Of a DNA stretch of 64,000 nucleotides, positions 52,805 to 64,000 are shown one piece after another. The translations under genes were made by a program, and so were the position numbers. The notes below the pieces were generated by a model, which saw only the letters and a list, made by a program, of their open reading frames with translations, searched no databases and was not told the DNA's origin. The number at the start of each line of letters is the position of its first letter. The stretch's first letter is position 1. This DNA comes from Octopus sinensis (lineage: Eukaryota): contig NC_043019.1 of NCBI RefSeq assembly GCF_006345805.1, forward strand, positions 5,951,360 through 6,015,359. Direction: 5' to 3'.

Positions 52805-53238
52805 AAGGCGGCGAGCTGGCAGAATCGTTAGCACGCCGGGCGAAATGCCTAGCAGTATTACATCTGTCGCTACGTTCTGAGTTCAAATTCCGCCGAGGTC
52901 ACCTTTGCCTTTCATCCTTCCGGGGGCGATTAAATAAGTACCAGTTACGCACTGGGGTCGATGTAATCGTCTTAATCCGTTTGTCATCTCTGTGTTTAGC
53001 CCCTTGTGGGTAGTAAAGAAATAGTTATTTCGTCTGCCGCTACGTTCCGAGTTCAAATTCCGCCGAGGTCGACTTTGCCTTTCATCCTTTTTTTGATACA
53101 AGGTCGGAGGTGGACGGTCTTGGGAAATAGATTTGTCAAAATCCCGTCTCACTACCGACACAGAATTATCAGGTGGAGGGGGAGTCTCCACCTTTTCCTT
53201 TTCGGCGTGCTAACGATTCTGCCAGCTCGCCGCCTTAG
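52805..53238. mobile_element. SINE family B cluster (two + strand copies and an inverted head)
   Basis: ggcggcgagctggcagaatcgttagc at 52807 and its reverse complement ending about 53235. Confidence 0.85.
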
Positions 53239-53395
53239 CATCGAGCAATCATTTTATTGCTCGTTTGTATCAGTCAAATATGCTGTAAAATTAATTCTGT
53301 GAATAAGTTTTGGAGACGCAGTACGTAATTTCTAAAGCTTTTCTTCCTTGGTTGGTTATATTTGATACCCCTTTTGATCCTCATACAAAGAAAGA

Positions 53396-53805
53396 GGATC
53401 TTTTCGGTTTGAACGGCAGTTTTTAACATAATTTCTAGGCAACTAAAAAATTTTAAACTTCGTATACTGGTAGAATGTGTTTATAAAACATCTTTTTCTC
53501 TTGGCTCTATTGAGAAAATTCTATACTTTGTTGTTTTTTCTTCAATTTCTGCAATTTCAACCAATCACTGACGTCCATTGAGGTAAACAACATTCTGTGC
53601 CGCATGAATATGTCCCTCGTTTAAAAAACAGGTTGGGTTTATTTAAATTTGTGAAGAAAAAAGATACCCTTCCCCCCCACCCCTAACCCTAACCCTAACC
53701 CTAAAACAGATTGAAATGCAATAGATCGATACTAGGGTCATAATTATGAGTGACAATTTCATATGACACCGCTAGAAAAAACTGCCGTTCAAACCGAAAA
53801 GATCC
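53396..53805. mobile_element. MITE with 29-bp TIRs and internal (CCCTAA)4
   Basis: ggatcttttcggtttgaacggcagttttt ... aaaaactgccgttcaaaccgaaaagatcc; AAGA on both flanks; telomeric hexamers at 53681-53704. Confidence 0.8.
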
Positions 53806-54339
53806 AAGAAAGAATACTGGTAGGTTGATCCAAGTTCGAGTAGACCGAAAATCAAGTGCAATCAACTCGTGACCATCCACAATGTTCCTATTAACAAGAA
53901 ACACTAAACCACATTATCTGTGTATATTTCTAAGACGGTTTGGTTGCTAATTTTAGCGGGTCTACCGACCACGTAGAGGGCCTGCTTTTGGTCGATGAAT
54001 TAAAGTTGGGTTATTTCTGCTGCTATGATTGGGGATTAAGGTGTAGATGTCACTGCTGATACCCTGCATGATGTAGTATATTTTATGTACGAATGCGCGA
54101 GTAATATCGGTATTCATTTTGAAGATTTTAATTCAAATGACTACATTTATATTGGTATTCTACGTGCAATCTGAAGCCTGCAGAAAAGGTCATCATTTGC
54201 TATTAAGTGACTACGGTATCCAATACCAGAACGGGTTTCAAAAAGAAAGGTCATTCCACTATTCATCTTATATACAAATTTCTAGACAAAGTAATTAATA
54301 TTAAAGGTTCCTAAAGACAACGATCCGGCATAAGCGTTA

Positions 54340-55010
54340 ACACCCCCAGACAAGATGCTTAGCAGTATTTCGTATGTCTTTACGATCTGTGTTCAAATTC
54401 TGCAGAGGTTCACTTTGCCTTTCGTTTCTTTCGAGGTCGATTAAACAAGTACCAGTTGAGCACTGAGGTCACTGTAATCAACTTACCTCCTGCCCCAAAA
54501 CTGATGACCTTTGAACCAAAATCTGAGACCAATATTAGTGGTTCCTGAAGGTGGTGAGCTTGTAGAATCGTTAACTCGGGCGAAATGCTTAGCGGATATT
54601 TCGTCTACCGTTACGTACTTAGGGCGGCGAGAATCATTAGCACGCCGGGCAAAAGCTTAGCGGTATTTCGTCAGCCATTACGTTCTGAGTTCAAATTCCG
54701 CCGAGGTCGACTTTCCCTTTCATCCTTTCGGGGTCGATTAAATAAGTACCAGTTACACACTGGGGTCAATATAATCGATTTAATCCGTTTGTCTGTCCTT
54801 GTTTGTCTCTTCTATGTTTAGCCCCTTGTGGGTAGTAAAAAAATAGGTATTTCGTCTGCGACTACATTCTGAGTTCAAATTCCGCCGAGGTCGACTTTGC
54901 CTTTCAATCTTTCGGGGTCGATTAAATAAGTACCAGTTACGCACTGGGGTCGATGTAATCGACTTAATCCGTTTGTCTGTCCTTGATTGTCCTCTCTGTG
55001 TTTAGGCCAT
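54340..55010 (+). mobile_element. SINE family B tandem multimer
   Basis: Three head-to-tail bodies containing gagttcaaattccgccgaggtcgac-like sequence. Confidence 0.85.
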
Positions 55011-55339
55011 TGTTACTGTAGTGAAATCATTCGCTGCTAACTCTGTATCTCCTTTCTCCTATGTAACATTTAACTCACTTATTTGTTGTCTCATATATCA
55101 GAATGTGAGACTATTATTAGAATTCGGTGATTCATGGTATGTAAAGATCTTGGTAATTTTGTAAAAATAAATGGCTGATTCAGTAAAAAAATATAAATGA
55201 TCTAATAAATTTGATTTGTTAAAGTTCATAAATGATTAAATAAGATAAATTATATTGCTGATTTAATCAATCATAAGTTTAGATGATTAAATAAATGATT
55301 AGAAAATTTTTAAACGGCTTCTTAGAAAAGGAATCGCTT

Positions 55340-55880
55340 ATATTGATTTCAAAATTTGACACAAGGCCAACAATTTCAGTGGAGCGGGCAAGTCAATTAA
55401 ATCAGCGCCGTTGTTCAATTGGTACATATTCTATCGACGCCGAAATGATGAAAGGCAAAGTGGAGATCAGCAGAATTTGAACTCGGAACGCAATGACGGA
55501 CGAAATGCCGCTAAGCATCTTGCCTGGTGAGCTAACGATTCTAAGGGGGCTAAGTCGATTACATCGACCCCAGTGCGTAACTGGTACTTAATTTATCGAT
55601 CTCGATGAAAGGCAGAGTCGACCTCGGCAATATTTGGGCTCAGAATGTAACAGCAGACGAAATACCTATTTCTTTACTACCCACAAAGGGCTAAACAAGG
55701 ACAGACAAACGGATTAAGTCGATTATATCGACTCCAGTGTGTAACTGGTACTCAATTTATCGACCCCGGAAGGATGAAAGGCAAAGTTGACCTCGGCGGA
55801 ATTTGAACTCAGAACGTAGCGGCAGACGAAAAACTTCTAAGCATCTCGCCCGGCGTGCTAACGTTTCTGCCAGCTCGCCA
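55340..55880 (-). mobile_element. SINE family B tandem multimer, opposite orientation
   Basis: Reverse-complement copies. Confidence 0.85.
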
Positions 55881-55896
55881 CCTTTAAAATTTGTAA

Positions 55897-56320
55897 CCAC
55901 CGCTCCTCGACTCACAGAATTAGCAATCTTCCCGTTCTGCTGCTAGTTGTAGTAGATATCTGTTCAAAGGCCACCAAATAAGTCTAGCATATAGAAGTAA
56001 AGCTCATTGGGAAGACCATCCAAATCGGGCGATTTGTCCCCCGTGCAACTCGGCATTGCATGCCGTATTTCCGTGGCTATTATCGACATTTCGCAACAAT
56101 CCGCCCCATTTTCCGAGAGTCGTGACATGCCGTCGAAGAAGACACTGAAGCCCGGACTTCCATTTGTCCCGAAATGCCGCTGATTCTTTGCACATCTTTG
56201 CTCTTTCTCGAGCAGTGACTGTAAACTAGCTCCGTTCCCGTAGCCTACTGTACATCAAAGCTGAGAGTATTTCTCATGATATTTCTCGATTCATAATCGA
56301 TACTCGAATACTGTATACGA
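55897..56320 (-). mobile_element. L1/Tx1-like LINE ORF2 fragment (duplicate of 58859-59290)
   Basis: GDKSPDLDGLPNELY...QQNGKIANSVSRGAV (pre-RT 'KSPGxDGLPxExY' motif). Confidence 0.75.
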
Positions 56321-56717
56321 GAGCAGTTGTGTGATGATTCCCTCGGAATATTGCGTGAGAATGACTACCATCTCCTTAATCACTTTTCTGATGTGTCTCT
56401 TTCGTTGTTACAAAACTTTTCCTGATTACCACGAATTATTAGGTTGGGACCAAATTATTGAAACCTTTCTATTCTCTTCACTACCTTTTTCTCTTTCTTA
56501 CTCTTCCTTTTTCTCTTCGTTATTTACTAAACCACTGTATTTTACTTCACTTGGGCAAGTTTCCACCCTTTGCACACGCCCGCTGGTATTTTCCACCTTT
56601 CTCCTCTCTCTCTCTCTCTTTCTCTCCCTGTCTCTCTCTTCTCTCTCTCTCTCTTTCTCTCTCTCCCTCTCTCCCTCTCTCTCTTTCTCTCTCTCTTTCT
56701 CTTTCACCCTCTCTCCC

Positions 56718-56748
<31 letters not shown>

Positions 56749-56884
56749 ATTTCTCTCCCTCTCTCTCTTTCTCTCTCTCTCCCTCTCTCTCTCTTTCTCT
56801 CTCTCTCCCTCTCTCTCTCTCTCTCACTCTCTCTCACCAGTGTTCCATGACATATGTCTGATCTTTCTCCACCTCTCTCTCTCT

Positions 56885-57230
56885 TTTCGCCCGTCACTAC
56901 GCTCTGAGTTCAAATTCCGCCGAGGTCGACTTTGCCTTTCATGCTTTCGGGGTCGATAAATTAAGTACCAGTTACGCACTGGAATCGATATAATCGACTT
57001 AATCCGTCTGTCTGTCCTTGTTTGTCTGTGTTTAGCTCCTTGTGGGTAGTAAAGAAATAGGCATTTCACCTGTCTTTATGTTCAGAGTTCAAATTCCACC
57101 GAGGTCGACTTTACCTTTCATCCTTTCGGAGTTGATAAAATAAGTACTAGTTGAGCACTGAGGTCGAAGTAATCGACTTAAACCCTACCCCGAAATTGCT
57201 GGCCTTGTGCCAAAATTTGAAATCAATATT
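56885..57230 (+). mobile_element. SINE family B dimer fragment
   Basis: Two bodies in tandem. Confidence 0.8.
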
Positions 57231-57719
57231 ACAACAGAATAAAATTTATATTGGGTTAACAACCCGATTTCATTCTATCAAAACTGTTTTGAACGGTAAA
57301 AGTTTAAATGTCTTCGGAAACTGCTATTTCTGTCAATATACGTAATTCAATAATAGAGATGAAAATGGAATAGTGCATCACATTATTAATGTGTACACAT
57401 GGTCAGTCATAATCACACAGACGCATACACAAACATACACACACACTATATATATATAAAATATATATATACGCCCACACGGACGCGCCCACAAACATAC
57501 TTCTAATTTGATTTGATCGGTTGTAGCTAACGCTCGTAAATATTGCTTGTTTTCCATTGCAAATTCTATGGCTCTTCAGAGACATGTTGAAATTTTAAAT
57601 ATGGTGAGCGAAAAAGATAGGTCATTTAAGGGGAGAAACTGGCAGTATCCCCTTGTGTTGGTTACGTCTGATCAAATTTACACTAATTTTTCACCAAAAA
57701 AAGATTAAGAATCAAGAAG

Positions 57720-58325
57720 ACAACAAATAGCAGCACACGATAGCGTGTGCAGTGAGAGCTAGCCGTGACATTCACGTGGCACTGTGCCCGAGTGACTTTG
57801 CAAGTTGTGAAATTTATGCGTTTATAACAAGACGTATGATGTAGTCTGCGATTTTGTTACGGGCAGGAACAGTCAACGGGAAATTTTGCGTTAAACTCCA
57901 GAAGTCTGCTATAGAAATATTGAGCATGCTTCAGCAAGCTTATGGGGACAAAGCAATGGGTCGTATGGAATGTTCCAAGTGGCACGGGCGCTTCAAAAGC
58001 GGAAGAACTTCCCTGAAAGACGATGAACGATCTGGAAGGCCTGCTACGAGTGTCACCCCCAGAAAATGTGGTATTGTGCATCGAGAATTCGTCCCCCGCC
58101 CCGGGCCAGACCATCAATTGGAAGTTCTACTGTGACGTTTTGAAGCGTTTGAGGGAGGACATCAGGCGAAAGCAGCCTGTGGATCTGTGGAGCGCGAAGA
58201 ATTGGATTCGTCACGACGAGAATTCCCCTTGTCACCGAGCTCTCCTCACTCGTGGGTCTCTCGTCAAAAACAACATGGTAACGCTTCCACACCCGCCCTT
58301 TTCAACAGATTTAGCACCTCTGAGG
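57720..58325 (+). mobile_element. Decayed mariner transposase, internally deleted and 3'-truncated
   Basis: KFCVKLQKSAIEILSMLQQAYGD..KWHGRFKSGRTSLKDDERSGRP (HTH), then GIVHREF..YCDVLKRLREDIRRK..HDENSPCH..HPPFSTDLAP (HDNA and YSPDLAP motifs). Confidence 0.9.
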
Positions 58326-58329
58326 TCGC

Positions 58330-59290
58330 CGTTTTAACACTGTTGTCGAGATGCTGTGCTTATGCTGACACTTTTCTCCCACATCCTAGTTCGCGCAAGA
58401 CCTCCAATTTACGCAATAATGGCTCTAGAGCCATACAGAAGAGACGAGTGGGAACCCCCTTGACTGACATTGACGGATGTTGTATGGTTCCGATAGGTAA
58501 CCATTCACCCGGACTACCGAACAAACGTCGCTGTACATTGCAGCGATCCAACAACGGAAAACGGGATCGAAACCGGTTGTTGTATTGGTGGTTGACCCTA
58601 TCGAATGCTTTAGATCCATCCAAATTGATCAAGGCCCCACCCATGCCAAATTTCTTACCCACTGTCTATGATGTATCGCATGATGTGCAGGTTGTCGTTG
58701 ATGGATCTGGTTGGGATTGCGCATGTCTGCTCATCACCAATCAGTTCATCGATAAGCACCAACCTCTCTTCTCATCACCTTGGCTACAATTCTGAAGTCT
58801 GCGTCCAGAGAGTTATGGGCCTAAAATTTTGTATTCCTTGGGTCCTTTCTTAGCACTGCCACCGCTCCTCGACTCACAGAATTAGCAATCTTCCCGTTCT
58901 GCTGCTAGTTGTAGTAGATATCTGTTCAAAGGCCACCAAATAAGTCTAGCATATAGAAGTAAAGCTCATTGGGAAGACCATCCAAACCGGGCGATTTGTC
59001 CCCCGTGCAACTCGGCATTGCATGCCGTATTTCCGTGGCTATTATCGACATTTCGCAACAATCCGCCCCATTTTCCGAGAGTCGTGACATGCCGTCGAAG
59101 AGGACACTGAAGTCCGGACTTCCATTTGTCCCGAAATGCCGCTGAAATGCTGCACATCTTTGCTCTTTCTCGAGCAGTGACTGTAAACTAGCTCCGTTCC
59201 CGTAGCCTACTGTACATCAAAGCTGAGAGTATTTCTCATGATATTTCTCGATTCATAATCGATACTGGAATACTGTATACGAGAGCAGTT
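58330..59290 (-). mobile_element. L1/Tx1-like LINE RT fragment
   Basis: EQTCAIPTRSINDNLHIMRYIID; ALINLDGSKAFDRVNHQY; VRVNGYLSEP; FCMALEPLLRKLE; VSAYAD. Confidence 0.85.
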
Positions 59291-59568
59291 GTGTATCATG
59301 TGATCAACTCGTCATGAATCCCTCGGAATATTGCGTGAGAATGACTACCATCTCCTTAATCCCTTTTCTGATGTGTCTCCCCCTCTCTCTCTCTCTCTCT
59401 CTCTTTCTCTCCCTGTCTCTCTCTTTCTTTCTCTCTCTCACTTTCTCTCTCTCCCTCTCTCCCTCTCTCTCTTTCTCTTTCTCGTTCTCTCTTTCTTTCT
59501 CTCCCTCTCTCTCTTTCTCTCTCTCTCCCTCTCCCTGTCTTTCTCTCTCTCCCTCTCTCTTTCTCTCT

Positions 59569-59605
<37 letters not shown>

Positions 59606-59645
59606 ACCAGTGTTCCATGACATATGTCTGATCTTTCTCCCCCCC

Positions 59646-59676
<31 letters not shown>

Positions 59677-60234
59677 TCTCTTTCTCTCTCTCCCTCTCTC
59701 TCACCAGTCTTCCATGACATATGTCTGATCTTTCTCCCTCCCGTATCATCGATCTTTATACTCGACGCGACTGACACATTCCACGATATATAAACATCGT
59801 GATTACGTCTCTTCATTTTCATCCTCTTCATTTCCATCCTCTTCATCCCAGTCCTCGCTCCGCTATGATTTATTATGTCTCTTTGGACCCGTCTGGCCTA
59901 ACCCCATTTCCCTCATTCCGAATCAAGCTTCCTTTCATCTCGCCCATTCTAGCCACTTCTCTCGCTCTTCATCGTACAGCCAATGTTTATTCCTTGTACC
60001 GATTGCGAACTTCTTATAACAATTGTCTCACCCCCCAACCACCCCCACCTTTCTTCCTCTTCTCTTCCCACCCCACCCTCACCTTATACGAAACCAATGA
60101 AAGAATGAGTGTGTTTGTGTATGCACGTGCACGTGAGTACATTTTTGTGGATATGCGAGTTTGTGGATGACTATGTCCACGTGTGACTATATGTGTACGT
60201 AACCTTGGCGTGTGTTTCGATAGCTGTATATGAA

Positions 60235-60318
60235 TATGTATGTTTGTATGTATGTATGTATGTATGTATGTATGTATGTACGTATGTATGTATGTATGTA
60301 TGTATGTATGTATCTATC

Positions 60319-60350
<32 letters not shown>

Positions 60351-60385
60351 CAGAGACAGACAGACAGACACACACACACACACAG

Positions 60386-60419
<34 letters not shown>

Positions 60420-60511
60420 AGGCAGACAGACAGACAGGCAGACAGACAGAAAGGCGGGCAGACAGACAGACAGATAGATAGACAGACAGACAGACAGACA
60501 GGCAGGCAGGC

Positions 60512-60558
<47 letters not shown>

Positions 60559-60594
60559 TAGACAGATAGAGAGAGAGAGAGAGAGAGAGATAGG

Positions 60595-60678
<84 letters not shown>

Positions 60679-60705
60679 CAGGCAGACAGACAGAGACACA
60701 GACAG
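60235..60705. repeat. (TATG)n/(GATA)n/(CAGA)n/(GA)n compound microsatellite
   Basis: Direct tandem repeats. Confidence 0.95.
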
Positions 60706-61059
60706 ACAGATATACTGACAGATTCTGAAATAATATTTATTGAAAGATAACATCCATTAAACTTATAGGAAAGTAGAATCAGAGAAACGCGTCGGGAGTC
60801 ACGTCACAAGACTGTGTAAACATGTCTGCAGAGTAACGTCACGTGATTGTATAATGTATAAACAGTAATCACGTGGTCTTTTCCACTTCACAACAGATAA
60901 AATTGCAATCAAAAATCTTCCGACTGATCACATTGGAAATTATAACATTTAACCACAAAGAGACAAAGGAACGGAAAAAGGAAGAAAGGAAAAGAAAAAG
61001 AAAAAACAGTGGGATTAAGCAGTAGAAGATGGGGGGGGAGGGGCACTGGTCCACATACC

Positions 61060-62060
61060 CAGAACAAATGGTGCGCACAGCCGCGCCCCGCGGTAATGAC
61101 TGTGATGGCGTTACCGCGGAGAATGGCCGGCGACACGCGCTGTAGCAGCCACAGCACCTCACGGGGATCGTTTTGCAGACAAGCCGCCGTTATGCCGATT
61201 TTGCGGAGGATATCAGTTGTGTACGGGGTCGTAGAACACCTGACGCATCGCCGGCGACCGGCACAGACTGATAGCGGCCGGTCAGACACCCGTATTTATT
61301 TATTCATTTTTCTCTCTTCTGCGTTACAGGTAGCGTTACGGGTGGCGATACTGGGTTTGCGTTACGGGTGGAGATCCGGATGGCGATACCTGGGTCTGCA
61401 GCTGATGCAGAAAAGTTACAGCCGGAGAACGTGTTGCTTCAAGTCGCGTCCCAGACTATGGATCTGCTTCCCTCGAATGGGAAGCGGGTTATACAGTCGG
61501 GGCGCTTAACGTACCCGCGATCAAGACCTGATGACTCCAGTTGAGACGGGAAACCAGTCGCACCGAAGTCGCTTCTAATTATGTCCTTCAGAACGGTGTG
61601 TCTGGGGAATCAGCCCGTGCTTAGGCTTCAGGATAATGGAGTGAGGCTGAATTTATCGACAACTGCTCCACAACGGCATTCGTGCGACTCGCACACGCGG
61701 AGACCGAGCGTTGGGCCACCCCAATGCGAATGCACTCATCATCTCGAAGGGTACCGCTAGATGAGGAGGGCACCCAACTAAGCCATGTGGTGCTGTTTGG
61801 CTGCGAAGTGAAACGAAAGCAGGCAATGTGGTGCTGGTCTAATAATGTCTCGATCCGCTCGAAGGTAGAATTTGCACACGATGTCGTCCCAGTTTCGCTG
61901 GACATCAGTATTCTGGGGTACAGCAAGGCGTTCAGCGGTCCAATTGGCTAAGGCTGACTCGAGTTCTTGGGTCACATCTGGTTTTGCTACCCTGTGGAGT
62001 ATCTCGCCGAAGAAGAAGCAGCTGCAGGAGACTAAGGAAAGATAGGCAAGTAGGGGTAAA
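61060..62060 (-). mobile_element. Decayed CRE-clade RLE non-LTR retrotransposon, 3' part
   Basis: LDQHHIACFRFTSQPNSTTWLSWVPSSSSGTLRDDECIRIGVAQR; PLS*..FPRHTVLKDIIR (zinc knuckle); FPSQLESSGLDRGYVKRPDCIT..IVWDAT (PD..D RLE); NDPREVLWLLQRVSPAILRGNA (CRE C-terminal motif). Confidence 0.8.
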
Positions 62061-62790
62061 GAGATCGATTTTTGAAGTACTTTGTAGATTTTTGGAAATG
62101 ATGAGTGCCTCAAAAATATTGACACCTTACCAAACTTAGTCTGTGATGGAAACTGCAGTTTCCGTTTTCCTTTCGGAGAACTGGAAAGTTTAGGACCTGC
62201 GAAAGGTTGCTGAACTTGTGGTTGTTTCATCATTGTAGTGCTTGTGGTCATCTTGTTTGATTTTTGCTGTTATTGACTTTGTTCTTGTAGTTGTTGTTTG
62301 TTGCTTGGTTTAAGTATTTGGTCGCAACATTTTCTGATTTGTTTGACTTATGTTCCCATCCTTTTTGGTTTGGAGTGCCAAATTTTCCGTTTGCGCGCCT
62401 GATTGCCTTATTTTCCTTTTTTACGGTATTCTATAAGAAATCCGGATGTTTTTCTACCGATCGCGGCCATTTCCTTATCCGAAAAATACGACTGAGTTCG
62501 CGCTTGCTTTTTGTTTTCTTCTATCAATATTGCTTATGGTGTTCTTGACGCTGGTAGTGATGTAGGGAGAATTGTTCTCGATCCTTTGTGTGTATGTGTG
62601 TGTGTGTGTCTGTGTGTGTGCGTGTGTAAGTGTGCATGTGCGTGTGTGTGCGTGCGTGCGTGTATGTGTATGTGTGTGTACGTGCGTGTGTGTGTGTGTA
62701 TGTGTGTCTTATAAATTATCCCGTCAATCCAGGCACGCTACAGTTGCGAGTATACATATCTACTCTACAGTACCTCACCAGGTATTCATA

Positions 62791-62838
<48 letters not shown>

Positions 62839-63369
62839 ATCGATCAGATTTTCGCCAAATATTAAGTGTTTACGTTGTAGATTTCGATAAAAATGGAACG
62901 TTAAGGGACGAAACTAAATATTCAGTCACACTTTCTTTCATCTGTATCTATAGACAATTTCTGTCGTTAGTTTCAACTTTCTCAACACAAGCAACGGAAG
63001 AACCTCTTCGCAGACGCCCAAACTGTAGAAAATAGGAGCTAAATCCTTTAAATTATGCCTTGCTGTCTTAAAGGAAGGAAATTTAGGTAAGATAAGTTCA
63101 GTTATCTGTAAAACCTGAGAATTGTTATTGTGTAGTCAAACAATTAGGTTTCTTTTCCATCATGGCGATCGAACACATAAGAGGCAAGCTGTCAGTCGAA
63201 TAAAATGGGAATGTCTCGTGCAGTCCACTTTATATCAATATGCTTGAATTTTAAAAACGTGATTCGTGTTTGGCTTAACGATTTAGAGTTAAGCAAAACA
63301 ATCTTTTTTACCAAAGGCACAAGATCTGACATTTGGGGAAGGGGGCAGGTATTAGTCAATGTATGCCAG

Positions 63370-63470
63370 TGTTCAGTTTCTATTTATTTTATCGACCCTG
63401 AAAGGATTAAAGGCAAAGTCGACCTCGGCGGAGTTTGAACTCAGAACGTAAAGATAACCGAAATGGCGCT
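63370..63470 (-). mobile_element. SINE family B fragment
   Basis: tcgaccctgaaaggattaaaggcaaagtcgacctcggcggagtttgaactcagaacg. Confidence 0.8.
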
Positions 63471-64000
63471 GACAACAACATACATTCCCACTTTTTTGAC
63501 ACCGTTGAGTGTTGCTTGGATGCCAAGCCACTTGCAGACAACTCAGTAGCTACACATTATACGGACTTCAAAAGCCAACGAAGATTCTTCTAAGTACACT
63601 CGACCTGACAGAAATAGCATCCAGATTTTTCCCGAATCTCACTTTTCAGCTTTAAAAAAAGAAAGAACTACAGTAAATAAAAGGACTGCTGAATCAAAAA
63701 TGACTAGCGGTTAAACAATAGCAATTATCTCCATGTATTTCCCCGCCAGGTCCATTATAGATATGAATACTGATTTGATTCGAAGAGACAGAAGACAGGA
63801 ATAGAGTAGGAAAACGGTTTAGACTATTGAGTTGACCTCTCTATCTTACATGTATTTACTCTATTAACATCGTAGATATGAATAGCAAAGTTGACGTCTG
63901 AACGATTTGTAGTAAAACTTTAGATAAACCACGCTCTATTATCTCAATAACAACTACATGATATCTGGTAATTGCTACAGAATGAAAACAGATATATTGC

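Noticed and set aside
53681-53704. (CCCTAA)4 as a chromosome end or fusion scar
   Set aside because: Only four units, and they lie inside a MITE.

Overview
AT-rich eukaryotic DNA, about 64 kb, packed with microsatellites and transposon debris. The SINE families and the (AT)n/(TATC)n/(AC)n load match what I recognise from octopus (coleoid cephalopod) genomes; this assignment is inference. No intact protein-coding gene can be supported, and almost all ORF-track entries are microsatellite or SINE translations. Recognisable content: three groups of tRNA-derived SINEs (about 35 copies or fragments; main ones listed), decayed LINEs of several clades (R4/Dong, CRE-like, RTE x2, CR1/L2-like x2, L1/Tx1-like, partly duplicated), a Penelope GIY-YIG fragment, two mariner remnants, a DD37D/maT-like remnant, a MITE with internal telomeric repeats and a Helitron-like element. 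The most striking signal is a recurring architecture the ORF track does not show. Seven foldback (inverted-repeat) elements from unrelated sequence families carry outward-facing type I hammerhead ribozyme (HHR) folds (degenerate core in one), in the same geometry as the inverted pseudo-LTRs of the Penelope remnant. Their catalytic cores differ at positions 3 and 8 while keeping Watson-Crick pairing (C3-G8, G3-C8, U3-A8). One HHR-bearing tail is fused to a tRNA-like Pol III head, a candidate Penelope-mobilised, ribozyme-carrying SINE. All coordinates were read by eye, so TE boundaries are approximate (about 10-20 bp).
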